Positions 19,323 through 29,143 of a stretch of DNA of 64,000 nt are shown here, piece after piece. Location: NCBI GenBank assembly GCA_958296135.2, contig CATQHZ020000001.1:4192001-4256000 (forward strand), given 5' to 3'. Position numbers and translations under genes: made by a program. Each line of letters begins with the position of its first letter. The first letter of the stretch is position 1. The DNA comes from an uncultured Poribacteria bacterium. GTDB taxonomy: Bacteria > Poribacteria > WGA-4E > WGA-3G. The notes under the pieces were generated by a model. The model was not told where the DNA came from. It made no database searches and saw only the letters and a program-made list of their open reading frames with translations.

Positions 19323-22300
19323 TTAAATAGGTTTCCACCATGGCGCAATTCGTGGCCGGAAGCCCCTCTGGAGTTCATCGCCGCGGCAATAATCACGAAG
19401 TCTTCTGCTGCCAAATACCTCGCGATGCGGGTTTGATTTGTGGGAGTTGCCCCATCGATACCAAAATTGATACAGGAGCGCGTGCAGTTTGGCATCGCTG
19501 TCTGGTGGGACACCGCCGAGCTCTTCCTCTTCAATCACGTGATGCCACCACAAGGCGATAGGTGAAAGTGCCGGTTTCAGTTGCTCCAAAACCGCCGAGA
19601 TGCGAAACAAATCTCTAGTTTTTAGTGCCTCGCGATAAACCTTTCTGCAGCTTCGTTCGTACTGGGCGATTTCAGCAGCCCACGCTGCGTGTTTGCGAAC
19701 CCACTCACTCGGATCGTTTGCTTGCAATGCCTTAAGCACCTGAACCGCTGCGCAGGTGCCAAACCATGGCAAAATGGAGACCCCTAGGTTGCGTTCCTTC
19801 GCGGTGTGGCTCACTAAGTATTTCTGCGTTGCCAACTGCCACAATTCGTCCTTGCCACCCTCAGTCAAAGCGGCAAGTGTCATACGCATAATGTCGTAGT
19901 CGTTTGGACTTTCTTCCAAGAGTCTGCGCCGGAATTGACGGTGTTCCGGCAAGTTGCAGTCCTTCACCCGCCAGAGCTGCGCGAGAAACGTGGCATTGTA
20001 CGTTCTGGCGTTCTCTGCCTCCCATCGGCGATAGTAGTCCATCGCAGCACTCGGTTTGAAACGGAGTAGTAAACAGAGGACTGCGTCTGTCAGGTCCAAT
20101 ACCTTTCGATGCTGTGGCCTTCGTGCGAGAAACCCCTCTGCCACTGCTGCGAGAAACCCCTCTGCCACGTCCAAGAATTCGTCTGGGTGTTGTTCGGCCC
20201 AAATCCGAAGGACATCTCTGTTGATGGTAAAGCACGATTCGGCTACCAGACCTGGGATACCCTCAGGCCCTTGAAGGATTGAACTCGGTGTCTTCAGCAG
20301 GTCGCGCCCCCACCGGGAAAATGCCGTGCGCCGGTCTGGGGAGCAGAGGAAAGAGCCCACAATTTCTGGCGGTAGGGACTTGAGTGTCTCATCCGGAGGT
20401 GCATCGTTGCCCTCATAAATAGGGACTGTGAAGAGCCAGCTGTTCTCGGCGAAAAGATGCAGGCGGAGTCTTTCATCAGTAGCAGCATGAGTCAAAAATT
20501 GATGTGGTTCCGATAACGCGAGCCAGATGAGCGGAAATGTTCCGGCCGCGTTCGGTTCTCTCCTTTTTAACGCTTTCACCGCCCGTGCAGCGGCGTTCTC
20601 TTCCATTTGGGTGCCATAGGCGTAAAGCGCACACCAGTACTCTTGCACAGACCAGACAGGCACGCCGCCGGTCATCGTGGGTTGAGCGTCGGCGGAGAGT
20701 GGCGGTAAGGCTGCCAATTGTTGCTGCGCCAAATCCCGCACCGCTGCCGGGAGCAAATATGCAAGCAAACTTGGTATTGGTTCATAGGCAATGGAGTACC
20801 GCAGCAACTCATTGTCCGCCAAAAATTCAAACCACTCCATCAATTCACCCTCGGCGGCGGAGAAAAGGAGGGTTTGGGTTAACAAACTTGCATCATGAGC
20901 AATATTCTGTGAGGACGCATCTTCTTGAGCCAGACGTTGCCGCATGCCAAGAATAGCCGCCGTGATTTTAGCACAATCGTTTGGCTGAAAAATAACGCAT
21001 TGAACGTCGTGGAGGTTATACAGCGGTGCGTTGTGTTTCAAAATGTCTACCTTGAACTCACACGCCAGTGTCGCGTAATGTTCGGGCTCGAATTTGGCCC
21101 ACCAGGGCATTAATTCCTGCATACAAGCAACCTTTAGAGTCATACTATGGTTTTGATGCCTGCCTGAATCCGGTAGGACGTAGCGCAAAACTTGCTTGAT
21201 TTGAACCAGATCCAGCTCCCTCAAAGCCGGCAAATCGGTGCGAACCGCTAATTCGCCCAGGCCAGGATAACTCTGATTCGCATTCTCGACCGGTGACTCG
21301 CTTGTGAATAACGACTCCCGCGCGCGAATCCGATCGACAAAGGGTCTGAAACGATGCTGTCGCCATTGGGCTTGCCCCTCTTTCTCTTCTGCCGAGAGGG
21401 GCCATTGTAATCTCGGCGGTAGTTCCACGAGACAAAGGGACGCCGCGAGGTGACGAACACCCGCCAAGACATCCGAATCCTCGTCGGCTTGTTCGGCTAA
21501 TGAGCACAGCGCATCTACAACCGCTTCAGTGTATCCCCAACGCATCAAGAGACTCAACGTTTTGTCAAAGTCGTGCACGTAACGGTTGTCCTCGTCACGC
21601 AGGTGTGCGGCGCACCTTGCAAGCGGTTCTAGGAATGGCGGTGCTGGCCGCTGTGAGAGTATGGAGAGGGCAGCGGCGGCTAAGCGCGTTTGCGCAGCCT
21701 CTCGCTTCCGCGTCGCTTGCGATATCGCGCCCCCTTCGCTAGGGTTCACTATTGGATTTGCTGGCGTGCGGAGCCATCGGGTAAGATATGGATGCCGATG
21801 CAGTGCTTTCTCGGGTGCCTTGCGCCAGACGGTGGCGAGCGGTACGATGAGTGCCATTTCCCGATTGGGGAAGTTGGATTCTTCAAACTGAAGTTCAACA
21901 AGGTGTGCATAGGCATCCGGATCTTCTTCCGCCCAAAAGGAGACCCGGGCTTCCGTAATTCGCGCGTTGTGACTTCCGAACCAAGCCTGCATTAACGCGG
22001 CGCGTTTTTGCGACAGTCGCTTGGGCGGGATGTCAGGCGGTGCTATCGCTGTCAGTTGTAGCGCGACAAAAAGTGCCTCGGTTCGCAACTCTTCTGAAGG
22101 AATTGGTTCAAGTTCTTGCCGGAACCGATCTGCCAACTCCCTCACGTCGGTAACGTCCGTCGCGTCAAAAATCTTGGAAAGGTAAAGTGCCCACCCGAGT
22201 ATCACGTGTTCCCGACTTAACACCGCTTGCATCTTGGAAGCCTTTGAAGCGATGCGTTGTTCTACCAAGTCTTGACGAATTTCCGAATAGCTTGGCTTGT

Positions 22301-23777
22301 CGAAGCACTCACGGAGCAGTGAATAGGAAGCATGTGGGGCTGTTTCAGCATTCCGCCACTTCGCTTCGCGTGCAAGTTTGGCCAGGATGTCCTCAGCGTC
22401 CTCGGTTCTTTGCCAATCCAGTTTTTGACGAATCTGTGGGGCTGTCCGTTCGATTTTGTCACGCAAATCCATCCACAAGACTAACTCCTTCGTCACGGAA
22501 TCAAAGGTATGCAATCGCTCCCGGAGCCGAACGCATGTCTGAAAGTATCGAGGAATGCTCGCAATCTCCCGCAAGGCATCCGGTAATTCGTCTGCAGGGA
22601 GCCCTTCTCGAGCGAGGGCTGCCGTTAATTCCGAGTCATTAAAAGCGGGAACCGAAATGTGATGGCATCCTTTCCACAAGGTGTGTTCGAAGTCCCGGTA
22701 TGCTTCCAAAGTACGTGTGGTAAACAGCATACGGATTCTGCCCTTCCATGCATCTTCGTGGGTGAAATATTCGTCCAGAATTCGCTTTGCCGCTGTAATT
22801 GCCTGCCTTTCATTGACACCGTCAAGGACAATAAGAGTTGGCTGGCACCATCTGTTTTCAACCTTCTTTTGCAACGTGACGATTTTCCGCGCCTCCCGAG
22901 AAGGATAGACGTGCTTGAAGCAAGAATGCAGCAGCTCCTGTATGGAGTTGCAATGCTCCCACTCTGGACTGTTTAACCAAAAAGTGACGACATTTTCATC
23001 CGCGCAAATGGGCTTCACTGCCTTGGCCGCGAGCCACGATTTACCGGTGCCTTCCTCGCCTTCCAGATAGCAAGGTTGGGGCGAGTTCTGCCACCATTCT
23101 TCGACGGCCGCTGCGAGGGATGGGCGCGGTATCGCTTTGGACAAGTTTATCTCATAACTGAAGCGCATGTGGTGAGCCCGATGTTCACCAAAACGCTTGC
23201 AGAGATAGGCTGCAGCATCCTTCTGAACCCGCTCGTACGTCTGAATGCCTTGTCCCAGTTTGCATCGGAGTTCCTCGATTTTCTCACGCGTTTTTGGGTC
23301 TGCCGCCTCCGCTTGAACCCACTCCGATAATGCTTTTTCGTTGGTTGCAAAGCAACCAAAGCCTTGGAGACTTTCCCAGTAGGTAACGCAGAGAGCCCCG
23401 ATGTCTGAAAGTTCATCAGACAACTCAAGGGTGACAATATCCAAGCCCGTTTCTTTTTCAACCTCCTCCAATCTATCCCGCAATTGAGCCGTATCACGGG
23501 ATACGGCTAAGACATAAACTTGGAGCTCGGACACGGTTCGTACAGCGCGGCGAATGTCTCCTTCAATTGATGATGCTTCAAAGTTTGTTGTGGTATACCG
23601 CTTGGCTTGAATCGATACCTCACCCGATAAACTTCTCGCATCGCCGCTGGGTTGGTCACCCGATCTCGCGACGACAAAAGGAATTTCAAGCGGCGATTTT
23701 AGCAATATAGCAGCGAATTCTTCAAACTCTCTAGGTTTCAAAGACTGAACGAGTTTTTTTAATTTTTGCCATTCCAT
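19323..23777 (-). CDS. Large STAND/NACHT-like NTPase with an N-terminal Mrr-like PD-(D/E)xK nuclease and a helical C-terminal region (Avs/NLR-like defence protein)
   Basis: REFEEF...GDQPSGDA...IQAKRY; Walker A GEEGTGKS; Walker B LIVLDGVNE; LFTTR; HEAT-like DPSEWVR near the C-terminus. Confidence 0.78.
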   Translation of the reverse strand: MEWQKLKKLVQSLKPREFEEFAAILLKSPLEIPFVVARSGDQPSGDARSLSGEVSIQAKRYTTTNFEASSIEGDIRRAVRTVSELQVYVLAVSRDTAQLRDRLEEVEKETGLDIVTLELSDELSDIGALCVTYWESLQGFGCFATNEKALSEWVQAEAADPKTREKIEELRCKLGQGIQTYERVQKDAAAYLCKRFGEHRAHHMRFSYEINLSKAIPRPSLAAAVEEWWQNSPQPCYLEGEEGTGKSWLAAKAVKPICADENVVTFWLNSPEWEHCNSIQELLHSCFKHVYPSREARKIVTLQKKVENRWCQPTLIVLDGVNERQAITAAKRILDEYFTHEDAWKGRIRMLFTTRTLEAYRDFEHTLWKGCHHISVPAFNDSELTAALAREGLPADELPDALREIASIPRYFQTCVRLRERLHTFDSVTKELVLWMDLRDKIERTAPQIRQKLDWQRTEDAEDILAKLAREAKWRNAETAPHASYSLLRECFDKPSYSEIRQDLVEQRIASKASKMQAVLSREHVILGWALYLSKIFDATDVTDVRELADRFRQELEPIPSEELRTEALFVALQLTAIAPPDIPPKRLSQKRAALMQAWFGSHNARITEARVSFWAEEDPDAYAHLVELQFEESNFPNREMALIVPLATVWRKAPEKALHRHPYLTRWLRTPANPIVNPSEGGAISQATRKREAAQTRLAAAALSILSQRPAPPFLEPLARCAAHLRDEDNRYVHDFDKTLSLLMRWGYTEAVVDALCSLAEQADEDSDVLAGVRHLAASLCLVELPPRLQWPLSAEEKEGQAQWRQHRFRPFVDRIRARESLFTSESPVENANQSYPGLGELAVRTDLPALRELDLVQIKQVLRYVLPDSGRHQNHSMTLKVACMQELMPWWAKFEPEHYATLACEFKVDILKHNAPLYNLHDVQCVIFQPNDCAKITAAILGMRQRLAQEDASSQNIAHDASLLTQTLLFSAAEGELMEWFEFLADNELLRYSIAYEPIPSLLAYLLPAAVRDLAQQQLAALPPLSADAQPTMTGGVPVWSVQEYWCALYAYGTQMEENAAARAVKALKRREPNAAGTFPLIWLALSEPHQFLTHAATDERLRLHLFAENSWLFTVPIYEGNDAPPDETLKSLPPEIVGSFLCSPDRRTAFSRWGRDLLKTPSSILQGPEGIPGLVAESCFTINRDVLRIWAEQHPDEFLDVAEGFLAAVAEGFLARRPQHRKVLDLTDAVLCLLLRFKPSAAMDYYRRWEAENARTYNATFLAQLWRVKDCNLPEHRQFRRRLLEESPNDYDIMRMTLAALTEGGKDELWQLATQKYLVSHTAKERNLGVSILPWFGTCAAVQVLKALQANDPSEWVRKHAAWAAEIAQYERSCRKVYREALKTRDLFRISAVLEQLKPALSPIALWWHHVIEEEELGGVPPDSDAKLHALLYQFWYRWGNSHKSNPHREVFGSRRLRDYCRGDELQRGFRPRIAPWWKPI

Positions 23778-23848
23778 GTTTGTCTCCTTTAAGTAAACTC
23801 ATAACGTACCGCAATAGGCGGTGAATTTTTGCGGCGTGGGCAATCCGA

Positions 23849-23924
23849 TTAAACGCGACTCGGTTTCGTTAATAATTATATCATATTAAACGCCACTCGG
23901 TTTCGTTAATAATTATATCATATT
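23849..23924. repeat. 37-nt tandem duplication overlapping the island promoter
   Basis: ttaaacgc(g/c)actcggtttcgttaataattatatcata x2. Confidence 0.9.
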
Positions 23925-23940
23925 CATGTCGAAATTGCAA
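23912..23940 (-). promoter_or_regulatory. Strong sigma70 promoter of the defence island
   Basis: TTGCAA-17 nt-TATAAT with TG extended -10. Confidence 0.75.
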
Positions 23941-24025
23941 GCAAAAAGACTTTTGCACCCAGGTGCCTCAGTTTCCCCGAAAACACACGCGACTGTTGAG
24001 CGAGGGCCTTCCCCTGTCATGCAGG

Positions 24026-24130
24026 TTTGCTGAGTGATGAACGCTCGCGGGGGACAGGCCCCCGCGCTACGGGAAAAAAACGGGTTGCTGAGTGATGAAC
24101 GCTCGCGGGGGACAGGCCCCCGCGCTACGG
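24026..24130 (-). repeat. Two tandem REP units at the right edge of the defence island
   Basis: ttgctgagtgatgaacgctcgcgggggacaggcccccgcgctacgg x2. Confidence 0.85.
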
Positions 24131-24144
24131 TAGAAGGAGCCCCT

Positions 24145-25404
24145 TTACCTTACTTGTCCATCGCCATAAATAATATACTTATAACTCGTCAACCCCTCAA
24201 GTCCCATCGGCCCGCGGGAGTGGAGCTTCTGTGTGCTAATCCCTACCTCCGCACCGAGCCCAAATTCATAGCCATCCGTGAACACCGTGCTGGCGTTGAT
24301 ATAGACAGCGGCGGAATCCACCTCCTTCAGGAACCGTTGCGCGGCGGAATAACTCTCGGTGATAATCGCATCCGAATGGTGCGAACCGTATGTCTCGATA
24401 TGCTCCACCGCGCTGCCAAGACTATCAACCACCCGCACCGAGAGGATATAGTCAAGGTATTCGGTGCGCCAATCGGTTTCAGTCGCGGGGGTGGCCTCCA
24501 GAACGAGCTGCCGCGTCCGTTCGCACCCGCGCACCTCTACCTTGGCATCGCGCAACTGCTCCCCGATAACCGGCACGAATTCTTCGGCGACTGCCTCGTG
24601 GACGAGCAGTGTCTCTACTGCATTGCAGACACCCACTTTGTAACCGACTTTCGCATTCAGGGTGATGTTGGCTGCCATGCCCAGGTCGGCGGCTTCATCG
24701 ACGTAAATATGGCAGATGCCATCCGCATGGCCAAGCACGGGGATGTCCGATTCACGCATGAGGTATTGGACGAATTCGTTGCTACCCCGCGGAATAACCA
24801 GATCGATGAATTCCGGCAGCCGGATGAGTTCACGCACGGCTTGTCTATCCGTTGTTTCCACGAACTGAATCGGGTCTGGGATGCCTTCGGCTGCCGCCGT
24901 CTCACTGAGAATACGCGCCAACACGGTATTAGAATGAATCGCTTCCGAACCACCGCGCAGGATAACGCCGTTCCCAGATTTAATGCACAGCGCGGAGACT
25001 TCCACGGTGACATCGGGACGCGACTCATACACCACGGCAACGACACCGATAGGCACGCGGATTGTGCCGATTTTGAGGCCATTCGGCCGCTCGCCCATGC
25101 TGATGATTGAACCAATCGGGTCTGGGAGTGCTGCCACTTGCCGAAGGTTGTCCACCATCCGGTCGATTTTCTTGTCGTCAAGCAGCAGCCGTTGCATGAG
25201 TGGCGCGGCGAGTCCTGTTTTCTCACCGTTACCCAGGTCTACGCGGTTTGCCGACTGAATTTCGTCTTTGGTGTTGCTGACGTTTTCCGCCATCGCTAGA
25301 AGCGCGTTATTTCGCACATCGGCGGAGCTGCGCGAGAGGACACGCATCGCGGCTTTCGCCTTTTGGGCTTTGGATTGAATCATTTGTTGGATGTTTTCAC
25401 TCAT
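24145..25404 (-). CDS. proA: Glutamate-5-semialdehyde dehydrogenase
   Basis: YESRPDVT, LRGGSEA, CNAVETLL, GAEVGISTQKLHSRGPMG. Confidence 0.97.
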   Translation of the reverse strand: MSENIQQMIQSKAQKAKAAMRVLSRSSADVRNNALLAMAENVSNTKDEIQSANRVDLGNGEKTGLAAPLMQRLLLDDKKIDRMVDNLRQVAALPDPIGSIISMGERPNGLKIGTIRVPIGVVAVVYESRPDVTVEVSALCIKSGNGVILRGGSEAIHSNTVLARILSETAAAEGIPDPIQFVETTDRQAVRELIRLPEFIDLVIPRGSNEFVQYLMRESDIPVLGHADGICHIYVDEAADLGMAANITLNAKVGYKVGVCNAVETLLVHEAVAEEFVPVIGEQLRDAKVEVRGCERTRQLVLEATPATETDWRTEYLDYILSVRVVDSLGSAVEHIETYGSHHSDAIITESYSAAQRFLKEVDSAAVYINASTVFTDGYEFGLGAEVGISTQKLHSRGPMGLEGLTSYKYIIYGDGQVR

Positions 25405-25521
25405 CGTGTTTCCTCCACTTGGTTTGTTTGAGCTCGCCTGCGCTCAAACACGGCGAGCTAGGAAATGAACGGCTAATCTTTTCCATCGAAGATAGGCGGA
25501 TACAGACATCCGTCCTGACAC

Positions 25522-25729
25522 TCATCGCGGTTCTTCCCATTTGACGTTCTCGTAAATATCCGGTACGGGCAGCGCGCAGTTAATTGATGCCAGCCGCAGC
25601 ACCTCATCACGCGCTCGGAGTTCGCGCACTATCCACTCGGAGCCTCGGCGCAGGTAGTGTTCCACGCGAACCTCTTTTTGCGCGACGAGCACATATTCCC
25701 GTAGAGATGCCAATTGCCGATGCAGCCAT
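25522..25729 (-). pseudogene. Internally deleted Uma2 (DUF820) endonuclease remnant
   Basis: ATG GCT GC joined out of frame to RQLASLREYVLVAQ...LASINCALPVPDIYENV, the Uma2 C-terminus. Confidence 0.75.
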
Positions 25730-25752
25730 TTTTTGTTTTTCCTACGTGGTTT

Positions 25753-25885
25753 GGCCCGGCGCGGGACAGGCCCGCGCCCTACGGTTCTTGCGTCAACGTG
25801 GCCCGGCGCGGGGCAGGCCCTCGCCCTACGGTTCTTGCGTCAATGTGGCCCGGCGCGGGACAGGCCCTCGCCCTACGGTTCTTGT
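25753..25885 (-). repeat. Three 47-nt tandem REP units
   Basis: ggcccggcgcggg(a/g)caggccc(g/t)cgccctacggttcttg x3. Confidence 0.9.
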
Positions 25886-25886
25886 G

Positions 25887-27059
25887 TTAATCCAGCAAGA
25901 CGAGATTATCGCGATGGATAATCTCATCGTAATCGCGGTAGCCGAGGATTTTATCAATATCCTTCGTCTGCTTGCCGGCAAGTTGCGCCGTTTGGGTTGA
26001 GTTATAGTTGACAAGCCCGCGCGCAAACTCCCTTCCCCAGGTTGACGAAATGTCCGTGAAACACGAGACAGTATCGCCGTAGTCAAAATGTCCCTCAACG
26101 CGGCGAATGCCAACAGGCAGCAGACTTTTTCCGCCTTGCACGAGGGCATCCCGCGCGCCGTTATCGACTAACAGTCTACCTTTCGGCGGGCGCGAATAAG
26201 CAATCCACCGTTTCTTGCCAGCGATGCGCGATTGCGGCAGGAATAACGTGCCGAGACGTTCGCCTTTCAGGAGCCGCGTCACGACAAGCGGTTCACTCCC
26301 AGCTGCCAACACCATCATCTCCCCGGAGCCGGTGACAATCTCGGCGGCGCGCAGCTTCGTCAGCATGCCGCCCGTGCCCGCGCTGGTGCCCGCATCCCCC
26401 GCCGCCGCCCACATCTCCTCCGATATCGCGGCGACGGTATCAATGAGCTGCGTTTCCTGATGAAGCCGCGGATCGGCGGTATAAAACCCCGCCTGATCGG
26501 ACAAAATGACGAGGAGCTGTGCCTCGGCGAGGTTCGTTACGTAGGCAGACAGCGTATCATTATCGCCGACTTTGATTTCTTCCACCGCAACGGTATCATT
26601 CTCGTTGATAATCGGAATCACGCCGAGGTGGAGCAACGTCCGGAGCGTGTCGCTCATGCGGATGTAGCGTTTTCTGTCGGAGAAATCGTCCTGCGTGAGC
26701 AGCATCAGCGCGGCACGCTGCCCATAGTAACGAAACCGCTCTTCATACGCCGACATCAGCCGAATCTGTCCGACTGCGGCAGCCGCTTGCAACCCCGGTA
26801 ACGTCTGTGGACGCTGCCGAAAACCAAGCTGCGGCCACCCCGCCGCAATCGCACCCGACGTGACAAGGATTACCTCCACCCCATCTTGTTTGACAATCGC
26901 CAAGTCATGGACAAGCCCATCAAGGGCGGCCTCGTTGAGGTTCGCGCCCGTTGAAAGCGTGCTACTGCCTACCTTCACGACAAGGCGTTGCACCCGGGAG
27001 AGGTGCCGCTCGCTACGCGGCAAACTCAGGAGCTCTGGTTGCCCTACAGATTCCCGCAC
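25887..27059 (-). CDS. proB: Glutamate 5-kinase with PUA domain
   Basis: VVKVGSS, TSGAI, INENDTV, GDND, GTGGMLTK, SLLPVGI. Start uncertain; GTG ~27059 follows AAGGAGG. Confidence 0.95.
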   Translation of the reverse strand: MRESVGQPELLSLPRSERHLSRVQRLVVKVGSSTLSTGANLNEAALDGLVHDLAIVKQDGVEVILVTSGAIAAGWPQLGFRQRPQTLPGLQAAAAVGQIRLMSAYEERFRYYGQRAALMLLTQDDFSDRKRYIRMSDTLRTLLHLGVIPIINENDTVAVEEIKVGDNDTLSAYVTNLAEAQLLVILSDQAGFYTADPRLHQETQLIDTVAAISEEMWAAAGDAGTSAGTGGMLTKLRAAEIVTGSGEMMVLAAGSEPLVVTRLLKGERLGTLFLPQSRIAGKKRWIAYSRPPKGRLLVDNGARDALVQGGKSLLPVGIRRVEGHFDYGDTVSCFTDISSTWGREFARGLVNYNSTQTAQLAGKQTKDIDKILGYRDYDEIIHRDNLVLLD

Positions 27060-27078
27060 CGAGGGCTTTCCGCCTCCT

Positions 27079-28371
27079 TCACGACTCGCCATGCAAGGCT
27101 CGGGGGCTGTATGTGAACTCGAATTCATCGATCTGGACTGTATCTCCTTCTACTGCGCCTGCGCGATGGAGCGCATTCATCACACCCATCTTTTTCAGTT
27201 TCCGATAGAGCAGAATCAACGCTTGCTCGTTCTCCATATCTGTCATGAGCACCGCGCGCCGCGGCTCCCCACCCCGGATAACGAAGCCGTCAGCCGTTTC
27301 GACAAGTTCAAAGCGCGCCCGCGGCTCTGATGGCAGCTTTGGTTCAAACGTCATCGTGGCTTCCGCCGCTGTTCGCGCGCGCGCCTCCAGATGCCGTAAC
27401 GAACGATACGCTTGATGCATCAAACGGTTCACGCCTTCACCCGTGATTGCCGAGATGGGGAAGACGGGCCGTTTGCCGAAATAGGCCTGCACGCGCGCCA
27501 AATTCGCCGCCGATTCTGGCATATCTATTTTATTCAAGGCGATGAGATGCGGCAACTCTGTCAACATTGCGTTGTAATGCCCCAACTCAAGATTCAGTTG
27601 CTCATAATCAGCAACCGGGTCCCGCCCATCTGTTGCACCCAGGTCAAGCACGTAAATCAACATTTTCGTGCGCTCAATATGGCGCAAAAATTGATGCCCG
27701 AGCCCTGCGCCTTTGTGCGCGCCCTCTATCAATCCGGGAATGTCTGCGAGGACAAAATTCTGCTCACGATTGATGCGGACTACCCCTAAATTCGGACGAA
27801 GCGTGGTAAACGGATACGCCGCGATTTTCGGCGTGGCGGCAGAGGTTCGCGCCAATAACGTCGACTTGCCTGCGTTCGGATACCCCACCAACCCGACATC
27901 GGCGATGAGTTTCACCTCAAGGCTTATCTCGCGTTCTTCCCCCGGCTCACCCTTTTCCGCGACGCGCGGGGCCTGGAACGTGCTGCTTTTAAAGCGAGCA
28001 TTGCCTTTGCCACCGATGCCGCCGCGGGCCACGACAACGCGCTGTGCCGGCACCGTCAAATCGGCGAGAACCTCCGCGGTGTCCAACGTTCTCACAATTG
28101 TGCCGACAGGGACTTTGACGATGCAGTCTGCGCCATCTGCGCCGTTACGCTGTTTGCCGGTGCCGTGCGCGCCGTTACCCGCGACTTGACGAGGGTTATG
28201 ACGAAAATCGATGAGTGTGCTCATGCCGAGCGTCGCGACGAAAATCACATCGCCACCGTGGCCGCCGCTGCCACCATCGGGCCCACCGCGCGGCACATAT
28301 TTTTCGCGACGGAAACTGATGCACCCGTTGCCGCCATTGCCGGCTTTGACTTCAATTTTGGCAGTGTCCAT
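27079..28371 (-). CDS. obgE: GTPase ObgE/CgtA
   Basis: FRREKYVPRGGPDGG, GYPNAGKST, YPFTT, DIPGLIEGA, NKID. Confidence 0.97.
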   Translation of the reverse strand: MDTAKIEVKAGNGGNGCISFRREKYVPRGGPDGGSGGHGGDVIFVATLGMSTLIDFRHNPRQVAGNGAHGTGKQRNGADGADCIVKVPVGTIVRTLDTAEVLADLTVPAQRVVVARGGIGGKGNARFKSSTFQAPRVAEKGEPGEEREISLEVKLIADVGLVGYPNAGKSTLLARTSAATPKIAAYPFTTLRPNLGVVRINREQNFVLADIPGLIEGAHKGAGLGHQFLRHIERTKMLIYVLDLGATDGRDPVADYEQLNLELGHYNAMLTELPHLIALNKIDMPESAANLARVQAYFGKRPVFPISAITGEGVNRLMHQAYRSLRHLEARARTAAEATMTFEPKLPSEPRARFELVETADGFVIRGGEPRRAVLMTDMENEQALILLYRKLKKMGVMNALHRAGAVEGDTVQIDEFEFTYSPRALHGES

Positions 28372-28604
28372 TTTTTTGTTGTTCCTAGCGGTGGTTCAGC
28401 TGTGTCTATGAAAATAGCGGCTGCCTATCAGGCCGAACTCACGTTGTGAGTTCTTACCAACTTGTTGAACTTTTTGTTGTTCCTAGCGGTGGTTCAGCTG
28501 TGTCTATGAAAACAGCGGCTGCCTATCAGGCCGAACTCACGTTGTGAGTTCTTACCAACTTGTTGAACTTTTTTGTTGTTCCTAGCGGTGGTTCAGCTGT
28601 GTCT
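28372..28604. repeat. 2.3 tandem copies of a 98-99 nt unit with an internal GAACTCAC-GTT-GTGAGTTC hairpin
   Basis: cctagcggtggttcagctgtgtct starts at 28384, 28482 and 28581. Confidence 0.92.
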
Positions 28605-28660
28605 GTGTGTGCGCAGGGGACAGGCCCCCGCGCTACGGTGAATAAGGACGGTTAGCGTCT

Positions 28661-28867
28661 TTACACCGCCTCAAAACCGGCTTCCGTTATTGCCGCTGTA
28701 AGGTGGGCAGTTGTGACGCGCGTCTCGTCAAAGCGCACGTCGGCTTCGCCCTTCCGCAGGTTAACTTTGGCGCGCTGAACGCCTTCGACTTCTGTCAATG
28801 CCGCTGTCACCGTCTTCACGCAGTGTTGACAGGACATCCCGTTAATTTTGAGTTTTAGTTTTGTCAT
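28661..28867 (-). CDS. copZ: Heavy-metal (copper) chaperone, HMA domain
   Basis: GMSCQHC motif, 68 aa. Confidence 0.88.
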   Translation of the reverse strand: MTKLKLKINGMSCQHCVKTVTAALTEVEGVQRAKVNLRKGEADVRFDETRVTTAHLTAAITEAGFEAV

Positions 28868-29049
28868 GATGATACCTTCCTCGGAAAATTACGGCCACAT
28901 TCAGGGCACCGCCGCGTCTCTGTCCGAATAGCTAAACCGCAGTTTGGACAGACGCGCTTCGTCTGAAAACGGGTGGAGATACGTGAGATAAGGATTATCC
29001 CAAAAAAGAGGATGAGTAGGAACGCAACTTCCCAAAATCCGATATTCAC
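28864..29049 (-). CDS. Small membrane protein with zinc ribbon
   Basis: TM segment, then CPNCG...CPECG; overlaps the copZ start (ATGA). Confidence 0.7.
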   Translation of the reverse strand: MNIGFWEVAFLLILFFGIILISRISTRFQTKRVCPNCGLAIRTETRRCPECGRNFPRKVSS

Positions 29050-29143
29050 CTTTTGTTCTCCGCAGCTCCTGATAACGGGTTGTAAGCCCTAGTCATTCAA
29101 CGGTTCATTTTAACAATTGCGCAAGGACAGCCCCTCAACCGGG

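Noticed and set aside
19196-19534. 113-aa N-terminal extension of the DUF499 ORF
   Set aside because: Overlaps the STAND gene and reads through an intergenic REP; a strong RBS supports GTG 19195.
24034-25110. Long antisense ORFs over proA (similarly over leuC, leuS, phoX and DUF499)
   Set aside because: Typical antisense open frames of GC-rich coding DNA with no recognisable motifs.
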